IMG/VR virus record: IMGVR_UViG_3300009545_000018
Location: 186,001-250,000 of that record
Length of the DNA stretch: 64,000 nt
Strand: one strand, 5' to 3'
Shown: positions 55,743 to 64,000 of the stretch, in pieces
Position numbering within the stretch: the stretch's first letter is position 1
Layout of the letters: each line of letters starts with the position of its first letter
Program-made: the position numbers and the translations under genes
The notes under the pieces: model-generated
Databases searched by the model: none
The model's input: only the letters and a program-made list of their open reading frames with translations
Told to the model about the DNA's origin: nothing

Positions 55743-56726
55743 ATGGCAGTTATAAGCATCACTATCACAGCATCAGAAGAACAAGTAGTATCAGGTATAC
55801 CTAGAAATATTGCTTTATCTTCCAATATTACATCTACTATATTTTATACTTTAAATGGAGAAGATCCTACAATTTTATCTGATATTTATATTACACCTAT
55901 TTTAATACCAAATTCTACATTATCTATTACACTTAAAGTTTTAGCCACTAATGGTACAGATTATTCTCCAATCATTACTGAAATTTATCAAACAAATATT
56001 TTAGATAATGCTAGATTAGCACATTCTACTACAGATCAACCAACTGGATCTCAAGCAGATCCTTTATATCCATTTGGAACCGATGAGTCTCAGCCCGTTG
56101 GAATGTTTGTAAATACAGCTGGTATTACAGTAGACAATTCTATATTACCAACTTATTCTAATGCTTTTAACGCTGACGGTTATCCAGCAGCATTTACAAA
56201 TGAGCCATATACTATTGAAAATTACAGTATTATTTACAGTACTAAAAATGCTCAAGGACAACAAGGACCAGGTATTGGTACATTGCCAGGAAATGTAACT
56301 ATAGATGTTCCAGCTTCTCCACCACAAGAATCTGATCAGTTTAGCAATATGTTTGATCCTAGAGCTTTAGTTATTTTTCAGGATTTTTCTAAAGAAAATC
56401 CTGAAGACCCACCTATTATTAATAGACAATTTTTTACTTTAGATAATCCAGAACGTTCACGTGATGGTAATGCTTTTTATACTACAGCAATGGATGCCCC
56501 CGCCGCAACAGGCTCCTTTTTAAGGTCTCATTATAATCCAAGAGATGGTACTATAACTTATTATTATTTAGATACATCTACTAACAGATGGATCATTTCA
56601 AAAACCCCTTATAAACCAACAGGCACATGGGATGGTAATTTGGCAGGCGTAGTAAGTGGCGGTAAATCAAATGGTTCTCATTATGTCTATGAATGGGTGC
56701 CGTTTCAAAGAAGAGTTTTATTTTAA
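55743..56726 (+). CDS. Probable structural/surface protein with N-terminal Fn3-associated (IFYTLNGEDPT) domain
   Basis: IFYTLNGEDPT..S..Y..PI..LKVLA motif; Pro/Thr/Asn-rich. Confidence 0.65.
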   Translation: MAVISITITASEEQVVSGIPRNIALSSNITSTIFYTLNGEDPTILSDIYITPILIPNSTLSITLKVLATNGTDYSPIITEIYQTNILDNARLAHSTTDQPTGSQADPLYPFGTDESQPVGMFVNTAGITVDNSILPTYSNAFNADGYPAAFTNEPYTIENYSIIYSTKNAQGQQGPGIGTLPGNVTIDVPASPPQESDQFSNMFDPRALVIFQDFSKENPEDPPIINRQFFTLDNPERSRDGNAFYTTAMDAPAATGSFLRSHYNPRDGTITYYYLDTSTNRWIISKTPYKPTGTWDGNLAGVVSGGKSNGSHYVYEWVPFQRRVLF

Positions 56727-56798
56727 AAATTGTAAATATTTGTAATCATTTGTAAGATGTTATATAAATCCGTATCACATAAAACAAAATGAATTATA

Positions 56799-57590
56799 AT
56801 GTCAGATAAAATAAAAGATTTACGGTTGTCGGTTTCTAAAACTAAAACATATTTAGATTGTCAAGCTAGATATAAATTCTCATATGTTTTAAAGTTGCCT
56901 CAAAAAGATAATACTTATACAATTTTTGGCAAATTTTGCCATAAGGTTTTAGAAGATTTTCATTTAACTTATATTAATGGTTCACAAGAAAAATACAATG
57001 TAACTATGTCTAAAGCATTTAAAGATGCTTTAACTGAATATAAAGATAAAATGACACCAGAAATGAAAAAGGAATGTTGGGACATTATAAATCAATATTT
57101 AAAAATTGTAACATATGATAAGAAAAATAATGTTTCTGCAAATGTTTTATCTTGTGAAAAAAGATTTGAATTTGAATGCGCTCCCAATCTTATTTTAAAT
57201 GGTATGATTGACAGAATTCAATTAGATGATGATGGTATTATTCACGTGGGCGACTATAAAACAATTAAAAATAAAAAATATTTAAAAAATAACGATCTAC
57301 AATTGCTGACATATGCGTATTATCTTTTTTCACAAGAATATCCTGATGCTGATAAAGTCAGGTGCTCTTATATCTTATTAAGACATGATTTTGAATATGT
57401 TACGTATGAATTTACTAAAGAAGAAGCTATGAAAGCAAGAGATTTATATGTAGATTATAGTCAAAGAATTTTAAGTGAAACAGAGTATAATCCTACTGTT
57501 TCAGCACTTTGTGCTTATTGTCCATATTTAAATTTATGTGAGCCTGGACAGAAAAAAGCAAATATATTTAATGGTGAAGTAACTTGGTAA
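56799..57590 (+). CDS. PD-(D/E)XK nuclease (RecB/Cas4-like, 1+3 Cys)
   Basis: DCQARYKF, GMIDRI, DYKT, QLLTYA, CAYCPYLNLC. Confidence 0.88.
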   Translation: MSDKIKDLRLSVSKTKTYLDCQARYKFSYVLKLPQKDNTYTIFGKFCHKVLEDFHLTYINGSQEKYNVTMSKAFKDALTEYKDKMTPEMKKECWDIINQYLKIVTYDKKNNVSANVLSCEKRFEFECAPNLILNGMIDRIQLDDDGIIHVGDYKTIKNKKYLKNNDLQLLTYAYYLFSQEYPDADKVRCSYILLRHDFEYVTYEFTKEEAMKARDLYVDYSQRILSETEYNPTVSALCAYCPYLNLCEPGQKKANIFNGEVTW

Positions 57591-57600
57591 TGAGGAAAAA

Positions 57601-58848
57601 ATGCAAATTGAAATAAAAGAATTGGAACCATGTAAATTATTAGTTAGTTATGAGGCAGATGCCGATCAAATACTAAATAAACGCGGAGAAGTTATTAATG
57701 TTTTTAAAAAAGCTCCAGTACCAGGTTTTCGTCCTGGTAAAGCTAGTGTGGAGGCAATTAAAAAACATTATCGAGATCAAATTGAATCTTCTTTAAAAAG
57801 GGCTTTAGCAGAAGATGCGTATCATAATACTTTATTTGAAAAAAAGATTAAACCACATGGTGCTCCTAAATTTACCACAGCAATGTTGAGTGATGGTAAA
57901 TTTACTTGTGAATTTGAAGTGTTAACTAAACCTATTTTTGATTTAGCTCCATTTAAAGGAATAAATATTCCTCGCCCCGCCAATGTGCAAAACCCCGTAG
58001 AAATCACAGAAAGTATTTTACAAGACTTGCGTGTTCGTGGTGGAGAAATTGTACCATATACTGAAAATGATTTTGTTCAGGAAGGTGATAATATTATTTT
58101 AGATTATACTGGAATGATAGATGGTGAAAAACAAGATTCTCTTTCGGCTGAAGGTGAAATGTTAACAGTTGGTCTTAGTAAATTAAAAGAGTTTGATGAT
58201 AATTTGTTAGGGATGAGCATTGGCGATACTCGTAAATTTAATATAGTAGTTCCTGAACATGGATTACCTTCTTTAAAGGGTAAAACTATTAATTTTACAG
58301 TTACTTTAACTATGGGGTCTAAGAATTTACTATGTCCATTAGACGATCAATTAGCAATTAAATTTGGAAAAAATTCTTTTTCTGAATTAAAAGAGTACGT
58401 TAATGGATTAGCTATTAGTAAAGCAGAAGATGATAGAAGAACTGCCTTATTAGAGTCTATTGTTAATCGTATTGTAGATGATAATAAGTTTGAAGTTCCA
58501 CATTGGGCTTCTTTATCTGAAGCGCAATATTTGGCACATAAATCTAATGTTAATTGGGATACAAGTATTGATGAAGATAAAGAAAGATTTTTAGCTCTTG
58601 CGGAAAAAAATTGCAAACTTGCTCTAATTCTTGATAAGATTAGAGAAGAAGAGCCGGAAGCCCAAATAAGTGATCAAGAAGTTTTTGATATGATTAAACA
58701 AAATATTGCTAAATCAAAATCAGATAAATCTCCAGATGAAATAATTAAAGAACATTCAAAAACAGGATATTTACAAATTCTGTTTTCAAGAATTAAAGAT
58801 GAACATACATTAGATTTTATTGTTAAATCAATAAATATTATAGAATAA
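57601..58848 (+). CDS. tig: Trigger factor
   Basis: VPGFRPGKA ribosome-binding loop; FKBP domain (VQEGDNIILDYTG, FDDNLLGMSIGD); C-terminal helical domain. Confidence 0.92.
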   Translation: MQIEIKELEPCKLLVSYEADADQILNKRGEVINVFKKAPVPGFRPGKASVEAIKKHYRDQIESSLKRALAEDAYHNTLFEKKIKPHGAPKFTTAMLSDGKFTCEFEVLTKPIFDLAPFKGINIPRPANVQNPVEITESILQDLRVRGGEIVPYTENDFVQEGDNIILDYTGMIDGEKQDSLSAEGEMLTVGLSKLKEFDDNLLGMSIGDTRKFNIVVPEHGLPSLKGKTINFTVTLTMGSKNLLCPLDDQLAIKFGKNSFSELKEYVNGLAISKAEDDRRTALLESIVNRIVDDNKFEVPHWASLSEAQYLAHKSNVNWDTSIDEDKERFLALAEKNCKLALILDKIREEEPEAQISDQEVFDMIKQNIAKSKSDKSPDEIIKEHSKTGYLQILFSRIKDEHTLDFIVKSINIIE

Positions 58849-58861
58849 AGGAAAATGAATA

Positions 58862-59167
58862 ATGAGTAATGAAGTAATATTTCCAGAAAAATATGCAAAA
58901 GTATTAAAAGAACTTCCAGAATTTAAAGACACAGCAGATGCGGCTTCTGCTGAAGAATTAAAGAAAATTATTGTTACTTGTGAAGGTAACATTTATACCA
59001 CCGAAAAAGCAAAAGAAGATGATACTAAGCTTAATGGGGCTAAAGAGTTAGTAAAAGAATACTCTGCTCCGTATCGAGACGCTATTAAAGTACAGACCAC
59101 TAAAATTAAATATGCTTTGTTTTTGCTTGAGGGTAAGGGGGAAGACCTAGATCATAAGGAAGATTGA
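58862..59167 (+). CDS. Hypothetical protein
   Basis: 101 aa; AAGGA SD. Confidence 0.7.
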   Translation: MSNEVIFPEKYAKVLKELPEFKDTADAASAEELKKIIVTCEGNIYTTEKAKEDDTKLNGAKELVKEYSAPYRDAIKVQTTKIKYALFLLEGKGEDLDHKED

Positions 59168-59172
59168 TTTAA

Positions 59173-59451
59173 ATGAAAACTGAAAGATATACAGTTCAAG
59201 CCTGTTGCGGTAAAACATCAGTTATTTTAAAAACTGATACTCCGCTAACTATTGAACATTTAAGGAAATTAGTGGAATTAGGATTTAATGAATCCAAACA
59301 TTTTACACAAGCTGGTATATTATATGCCGATAATTCGGACTTTATATTGTCAGGACCTTTAGGATCTGATCGCCTACAAATTAAATGTAAAAAATCGGGA
59401 TGTGAAGAAAAAATACCAGATTTGGAGGCGCAACTAGAAAAAATAGGATAA
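59173..59451 (+). CDS. Hypothetical protein (ACCG motif)
   Basis: 92 aa. Confidence 0.65.
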   Translation: MKTERYTVQACCGKTSVILKTDTPLTIEHLRKLVELGFNESKHFTQAGILYADNSDFILSGPLGSDRLQIKCKKSGCEEKIPDLEAQLEKIG

Positions 59452-59454
59452 AAC

Positions 59455-60117
59455 ATGCCAAATAAGGTAGGTTCCATCAATAATCTTCGTAAGAAAGTAA
59501 CTAAAACTCACGAACTTATTGCAGTTTCCTATCATGAGGCTGGTCATACTATTTTTGGACTATTAAATTTTATGAAGATTGGATCTGTATCTGTCTTTAA
59601 TAATTCTAAGAGTTCTAGAGGTGAAGGTACTACTAATTATGAAGCGCCTTTTGATGATTCTATTGAAGATCCAATTTTATTAAATTATTGGATAAAATCT
59701 GAGATTGGTTTATGTTATGCTGGCACATGTGCCGAACGTATTTATTTTAAAATTATTTCAGGATCAGATAAATTACCTAAATTTTTAAAAGATGGTTCCG
59801 AAGATGATATAGCTTCGGCTTCATTTATTTTTAGAAGATATAATCTCGCTCCAGCTGGAAAAAAGAGATATGCTTTAAAACAAAAGATGTTAAAAGAAAC
59901 TGCAATAATTTTAAAAAAATATTGGGATGATATTACAATTATTTCTCATGCTCTCTTTGATAAAAAGAGAATTTATTACAATGATATAAAGAATTTACTG
60001 TGCAAGAAATCTTCTAACAAAAATTTTTGGAAAGAGCAATTTAAAATAATTGATTATATTTCTGATAATGCAGGGCTTCTTGAACATAAAGAATTAAGAA
60101 AATTAATGTCACTATAA
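59455..60117 (+). CDS. Stand-alone peptidase M41 (FtsH protease domain)-like
   Basis: SYHEAGH, YAGTCAE, GSEDD; no AAA or TM domain. Confidence 0.8.
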   Translation: MPNKVGSINNLRKKVTKTHELIAVSYHEAGHTIFGLLNFMKIGSVSVFNNSKSSRGEGTTNYEAPFDDSIEDPILLNYWIKSEIGLCYAGTCAERIYFKIISGSDKLPKFLKDGSEDDIASASFIFRRYNLAPAGKKRYALKQKMLKETAIILKKYWDDITIISHALFDKKRIYYNDIKNLLCKKSSNKNFWKEQFKIIDYISDNAGLLEHKELRKLMSL

Positions 60118-60137
60118 ATTGTATTCCCTGATAATCA

Positions 60138-60170
60138 CACAACATCTATATTTAGATGTTAGTGCTTTTT
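60138..60170 (+). terminator. Probable intrinsic terminator before dnaE
   Basis: CACAACATCTA-TATT-TAGATGTT(A)GTG hairpin followed by CTTTTT. Confidence 0.55.
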
Positions 60171-60218
60171 ATAAGCCTGATGTGATGTATTAAAATACAC
60201 AACAATAAGGAAAGTACT

Positions 60219-63200
60219 ATGACTGATTTTGTATCTTTGCATAATCAAACTGATTATTCTATATTAGATTCTACTATTGCCACTAAAGATCTTTTTAAAC
60301 GAGCTAAAGAGCTTGGACAACAAGCGATAGCCATTACTGATCATGGAACTTTGGCAGCAGCTTGGGATGCTCTAAAGGCTTCCAGAGAAACTGGTGTTAA
60401 GCTTATTATGGGGTGTGAATGTTATTTTGTTAATGATGCAAAAAATTTGGAAGGTAAGTTTAGACATATAATTCTATTAGCTAAAAATGCGATAGGTTAT
60501 AGAAACTTATTAACTATTAATAAAAAAGGTTTTGATCAAGGTTCTTTTATTGGTAAAAGAGTGTATCCATTAGTCGATTGGAATTTGTTAGAACAATACA
60601 AAGATGGATTAATTTGTCTAACTGCATGCGGTAATGGAATTGTGTCGCAACTTTTGAATACTGGTAAAATGGATGAGGCAGAAAAAACACTATTAAAATT
60701 AAAAGATTTATTTGGAGATAATTTGGGAATTGAAATTCAACCAAATAATATGAAGCGTGGTGGTAATATTTACAATGATGAGATTGATCAGTTTTTTCTT
60801 AATAGACAATTAATACTCTTGGGAAAAAAACATAATATTAAAATTGTTCCGGCTTGTAATTCTCATTATTTAACAAAGCAAGATCATGAGGTTCATGATG
60901 TATTGTTAGCTATTGGATCTCATCAGCCTGTTTTTTCTAACTTTAGATTAAAATATCCTGTATCAGATTTTTATTTAAAATCGGGCGAGGAAGTAGAATC
61001 ATTTTTTGCCAGAAATTATGATGCTATGTATGGAACTGGTTTTGCAAAAAGTTTATGTGACAATACTATTTATTTTGCAAATATGTGTGAAATGCCAGAT
61101 TGGATTGATCCAAAATATTCTAATCCTTCTGGTAAAGAGTTACCAGTTTTTCCAATTACGGAGGAAGAAGATTATTCTGATTTTCTTATATGGAAAAATA
61201 ATCAAACCGATGAAATTAAAATCTTACAAGATGATAACTTATATTTAAGATTTAGGTGTGCACAGGCATATGCAGTTAAAATATTAAATCTAAGTCCAGA
61301 AGATAAAAAAATATATGATGATCGTATTGCTGAAGAAATTGATGTACTAGAATTTCATGGATTTTCTAGTTACATGTTAATTGTAGCAGATTATATTAAT
61401 TGGGCACGAAAAAATGATATTGCAGTGGGTGAGGGGAGAGGATCAGTCGGTGGATCTTTAATTGCTTACTTATTAGGAATTCATCAAGCAGATCCTATTA
61501 AATATAATTTAATTTTTGCTAGATTTCATAATAAAGAAAAATCTAGCTTTCCAGACATTGATACAGATTTCGCCCCTTCTGGTCGGGCATTAGTACAAGA
61601 ATATTTGCGTAAAAAATATGGCGAAGATCATGTAGCTCATGTTTCTAACGTTAATACTATCACGCCCAAAGTATATGCCCGGGACATTTCAAGATCTTGT
61701 GAACTCGGTGGCTCTAGAGAAGATGCAATAAAGATTGGCAATGATGTTGCTGATTGTTTGCCGGGAGATATCAAATCTATTGAAGAAGCCTTAATTAAGG
61801 TTCCATTATTTACAGAATATGTAAAAAAATATCCACAATTTGAAAAATACAAAAGTATTTGTGGTAAGTTTAGAGCTTGGTCTACACATGCGGGTGGTAT
61901 TATTATATCTGCTAGACCATTAACTGGACTTGTACCATTACGTCGAGATAAAGATGGCTCTTTAGCCTTAGAATATGATAAAGAAAAAGCAGAAGAGAAT
62001 GGTTTGGTCAAGATGGATACATTAGGATTATCTACTCTTGATATTATTGGTCAAACAATTAAACTTATTAAAGCAACAGGAAAAGATATTACTCCATTGG
62101 AGGCTTTGAGTTATGATAGTTATGATGAAAAATCTTATGATTTAGTTTCCAAAGGCGATACGTTTTGTGTTTTTCAATTGGGAACTTCTGGCGGAACTAT
62201 TGATTTATGTAGAAAAATAAAACCGAAATCCATTAATGATATTAGCTATATTAATTCATTAGCTCGTCCTTCTGCTAGGGATATGCGTGAGGATTTTATT
62301 TCTACCAAAGATGGAAAAAAGCCATTTAGTTTATTGCATCCAAACTTAGCTAGAGCATTTAATAATACTTTTGGTTTTGGTTTGTATGAAGAGAGTTTAA
62401 TGTATCTTGCCCAAGATATAGCTGGGTGGACTTTGCACTCTGCCGATCGTTTAAGAAAACTTACTAAAGAAAAAGGAAAGAATCCCAAAAGGGCTCAACA
62501 ATGGAGACTAGAGTTTATTACTGATTCAGTTAAGAATGGTGTAAATGAAGAAATAGCAAAACGTATTTGGGATGAAGTAGTAGAGAAATTTCAGGGTTAT
62601 GGTTTTAATCAATCGCATTCCGTTTTATATTCTATGACTAGTTATAAGACTGCTTATCTGAAGGCACATTATCCAATTGAATTTTTGCTAGCTAATTTAA
62701 TGGCTGAAGTTAAATCTAATGCCCCTGATGCTAAAGCTAATATTGAAAAAATTAAAAAAGAAATTAGACAACATAAAGTAAAAATTATTGCACCTGATAT
62801 TAATAAGTCCTTGTTATCTTATACTATGGAAGGTGAAGATAAATTAATTACTGGATTAGATGCTCTTAAATATGTAGGCGAAGATGCCATTAATGATATT
62901 ATTTTAAAAAGACCCTTTCATTCTTTTCTAGATTTTATGTCTAGAGTTGATTCTAAAAAGGTTAGAGCCAATACTATTCAAGCTTTAGCCGCATCAGGGT
63001 GCTTGGATGCTTTTAAAATTTCTAGAAAACATATGTTTTTATATTGTTCAGATTATCGTAAAAAACTTCAGGTTTGGATGAAAAAACATGATCCTACTAA
63101 AGAAGAATTTATTTATCCATGGACTTCTGAAGAAGATTGGACTATACCAGAAAAATATGCATTAGAAACATATTATTTAAATGAATCATTCGTGTGTAAG

Positions 63201-63761
63201 CCGCATGAAGCTTATAAAAATTTCTTTAATACAGATCATAAAACAATAAGAGATATTAAAAAAGCTGGAAATAAAACACAACTAGATCCTATTAATTGTA
63301 TTGTTAGGAGCTTTTTTGAGTTTAAAGTTAAAAAAGAAACTTCTAAATATTATGGTCAATCTATGATTAAAGCTATTATTGAAGATAAAAATGGAGAACA
63401 ATGTTCTTGTACTATTTTTCCAGATAGATGGGCTGATGTACAAAGACGCATTAAGGAAGTAAATAGTAAAGCGGTATTTGATGCGGGTATTGCATTAAGT
63501 TTTACTGGGACTACAAATATTTATGAAGATGATATTGGTGTTATTTTAAATGGACTATTTAATGTAGCAACTCCCCCTTCTGTTCCTTCTGATTTAAAAC
63601 CTAAAAAAATAAACTTAAAACTTGCTAAAGCTAAAAATGGGATATCTACTGAGGAAAATATTATTGAGAATCCCACGGATCTCTCTAATTTATTAGAGAA
63701 AATTGAAGATGCCTTGTATGATGAAGGTTTAATAGATTTAGATGAAGAGACAAATGATTAA
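60219..63761 (+). CDS. dnaE: DNA polymerase III alpha subunit
   Basis: PHP LHNQTDYS and ITDHG, GRGSVGGS, FPDIDTDF, HAGG, KMDTLGL, GYGFNQSH, OB fold; no intein seen. Confidence 0.96.
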   Translation: MTDFVSLHNQTDYSILDSTIATKDLFKRAKELGQQAIAITDHGTLAAAWDALKASRETGVKLIMGCECYFVNDAKNLEGKFRHIILLAKNAIGYRNLLTINKKGFDQGSFIGKRVYPLVDWNLLEQYKDGLICLTACGNGIVSQLLNTGKMDEAEKTLLKLKDLFGDNLGIEIQPNNMKRGGNIYNDEIDQFFLNRQLILLGKKHNIKIVPACNSHYLTKQDHEVHDVLLAIGSHQPVFSNFRLKYPVSDFYLKSGEEVESFFARNYDAMYGTGFAKSLCDNTIYFANMCEMPDWIDPKYSNPSGKELPVFPITEEEDYSDFLIWKNNQTDEIKILQDDNLYLRFRCAQAYAVKILNLSPEDKKIYDDRIAEEIDVLEFHGFSSYMLIVADYINWARKNDIAVGEGRGSVGGSLIAYLLGIHQADPIKYNLIFARFHNKEKSSFPDIDTDFAPSGRALVQEYLRKKYGEDHVAHVSNVNTITPKVYARDISRSCELGGSREDAIKIGNDVADCLPGDIKSIEEALIKVPLFTEYVKKYPQFEKYKSICGKFRAWSTHAGGIIISARPLTGLVPLRRDKDGSLALEYDKEKAEENGLVKMDTLGLSTLDIIGQTIKLIKATGKDITPLEALSYDSYDEKSYDLVSKGDTFCVFQLGTSGGTIDLCRKIKPKSINDISYINSLARPSARDMREDFISTKDGKKPFSLLHPNLARAFNNTFGFGLYEESLMYLAQDIAGWTLHSADRLRKLTKEKGKNPKRAQQWRLEFITDSVKNGVNEEIAKRIWDEVVEKFQGYGFNQSHSVLYSMTSYKTAYLKAHYPIEFLLANLMAEVKSNAPDAKANIEKIKKEIRQHKVKIIAPDINKSLLSYTMEGEDKLITGLDALKYVGEDAINDIILKRPFHSFLDFMSRVDSKKVRANTIQALAASGCLDAFKISRKHMFLYCSDYRKKLQVWMKKHDPTKEEFIYPWTSEEDWTIPEKYALETYYLNESFVCKPHEAYKNFFNTDHKTIRDIKKAGNKTQLDPINCIVRSFFEFKVKKETSKYYGQSMIKAIIEDKNGEQCSCTIFPDRWADVQRRIKEVNSKAVFDAGIALSFTGTTNIYEDDIGVILNGLFNVATPPSVPSDLKPKKINLKLAKAKNGISTEENIIENPTDLSNLLEKIEDALYDEGLIDLDEETND

Positions 63762-63848
63762 TTTTATTTAATTATCATAAATATGCAAATATCTCATTTT
63801 GTTTTCTAATCTATCAATTAGGTGATATAAAAGATATCAAAGGAAGTT

Positions 63849-64000
63849 ATGAAGACAATAAAATTAGCAGATTGGTGTGAAAAAACAGGTGTAAAATATT
63901 TGACGGCTTGGCGTTGGTTCAAAACAGACAAAATGCCAGTAAGAGCTTATCAAACTGATTCTGGTACTATCTTAGTTGAGGATGATGATCAACCAATAGT
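63849..64000 (+). mobile_element. IS607 TnpA-like N-terminal HTH (3'-truncated by window)
   Basis: AGGA SD; MKTIKLADWCEKTGVKYLTAWRWFKTDKMPVRAYQTDSGTILV. Confidence 0.55.

Noticed and set aside
56799-57590. CRISPR-Cas locus around the Cas4-like nuclease
   Set aside because: No repeat-spacer array or other cas genes were seen; solo RecB/Cas4-like nucleases are common in phages.
7391-62488. Short antisense or alternate-frame track ORFs (e.g. 7391, 8107, 10744, 32221, 43118, 52521, 58347, 61637, 62246)
   Set aside because: They are nested in well-supported genes and have no SD or recognisable motifs.
1-64000. Genome-wide TAG reassignment (code 15)
   Set aside because: All long genes are intact under code 11 and coding density is already high; in-frame TAG appears only at codon 3 of two genes.
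1-64000. Bacterial chromosome origin (dnaE, topA, tig, infC, clpP, ssrA)
   Set aside because: These genes lack their bacterial operon neighbours (no rpmI-rplT after infC, no clpX with tig/clpP) and are mixed with rIIB, PNK/Rnl and many phage-type hypotheticals.

Overview
Gene-dense, strongly AT-rich 64 kb segment, most likely from a jumbo ('huge') tailed phage, with about 95 mostly plus-strand genes. Phage markers include rIIB, T4-like PNK and RNA ligases, and a free-standing LAGLIDADG endonuclease. Replication and repair genes include DnaE, TopA, SbcCD, an FtsK-like ATPase and a dNMP kinase. It also carries a glycan-synthesis cluster and a large set of translation and quality-control genes (IF-3, bS21, trigger factor, peptide deformylase, DksA, an active ClpP next to a catalytically dead ClpP, tmRNA, tRNAs). 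The most notable feature is at 25.8-27.0 kb. Two consecutive genes (an HD-domain protein and a PTH2-fold protein) each have a good Shine-Dalgarno site and an ATG, followed by an in-frame amber TAG at codon 3. Immediately downstream lie two CUA-anticodon (amber suppressor) tRNAs and a tRNA-like RNA with a 57-nt D-loop. Almost no other gene in the window uses TAG. This suggests a suppressor-tRNA-gated operon rather than genome-wide recoding. All family calls come from motifs recognised by eye; no database search was run.
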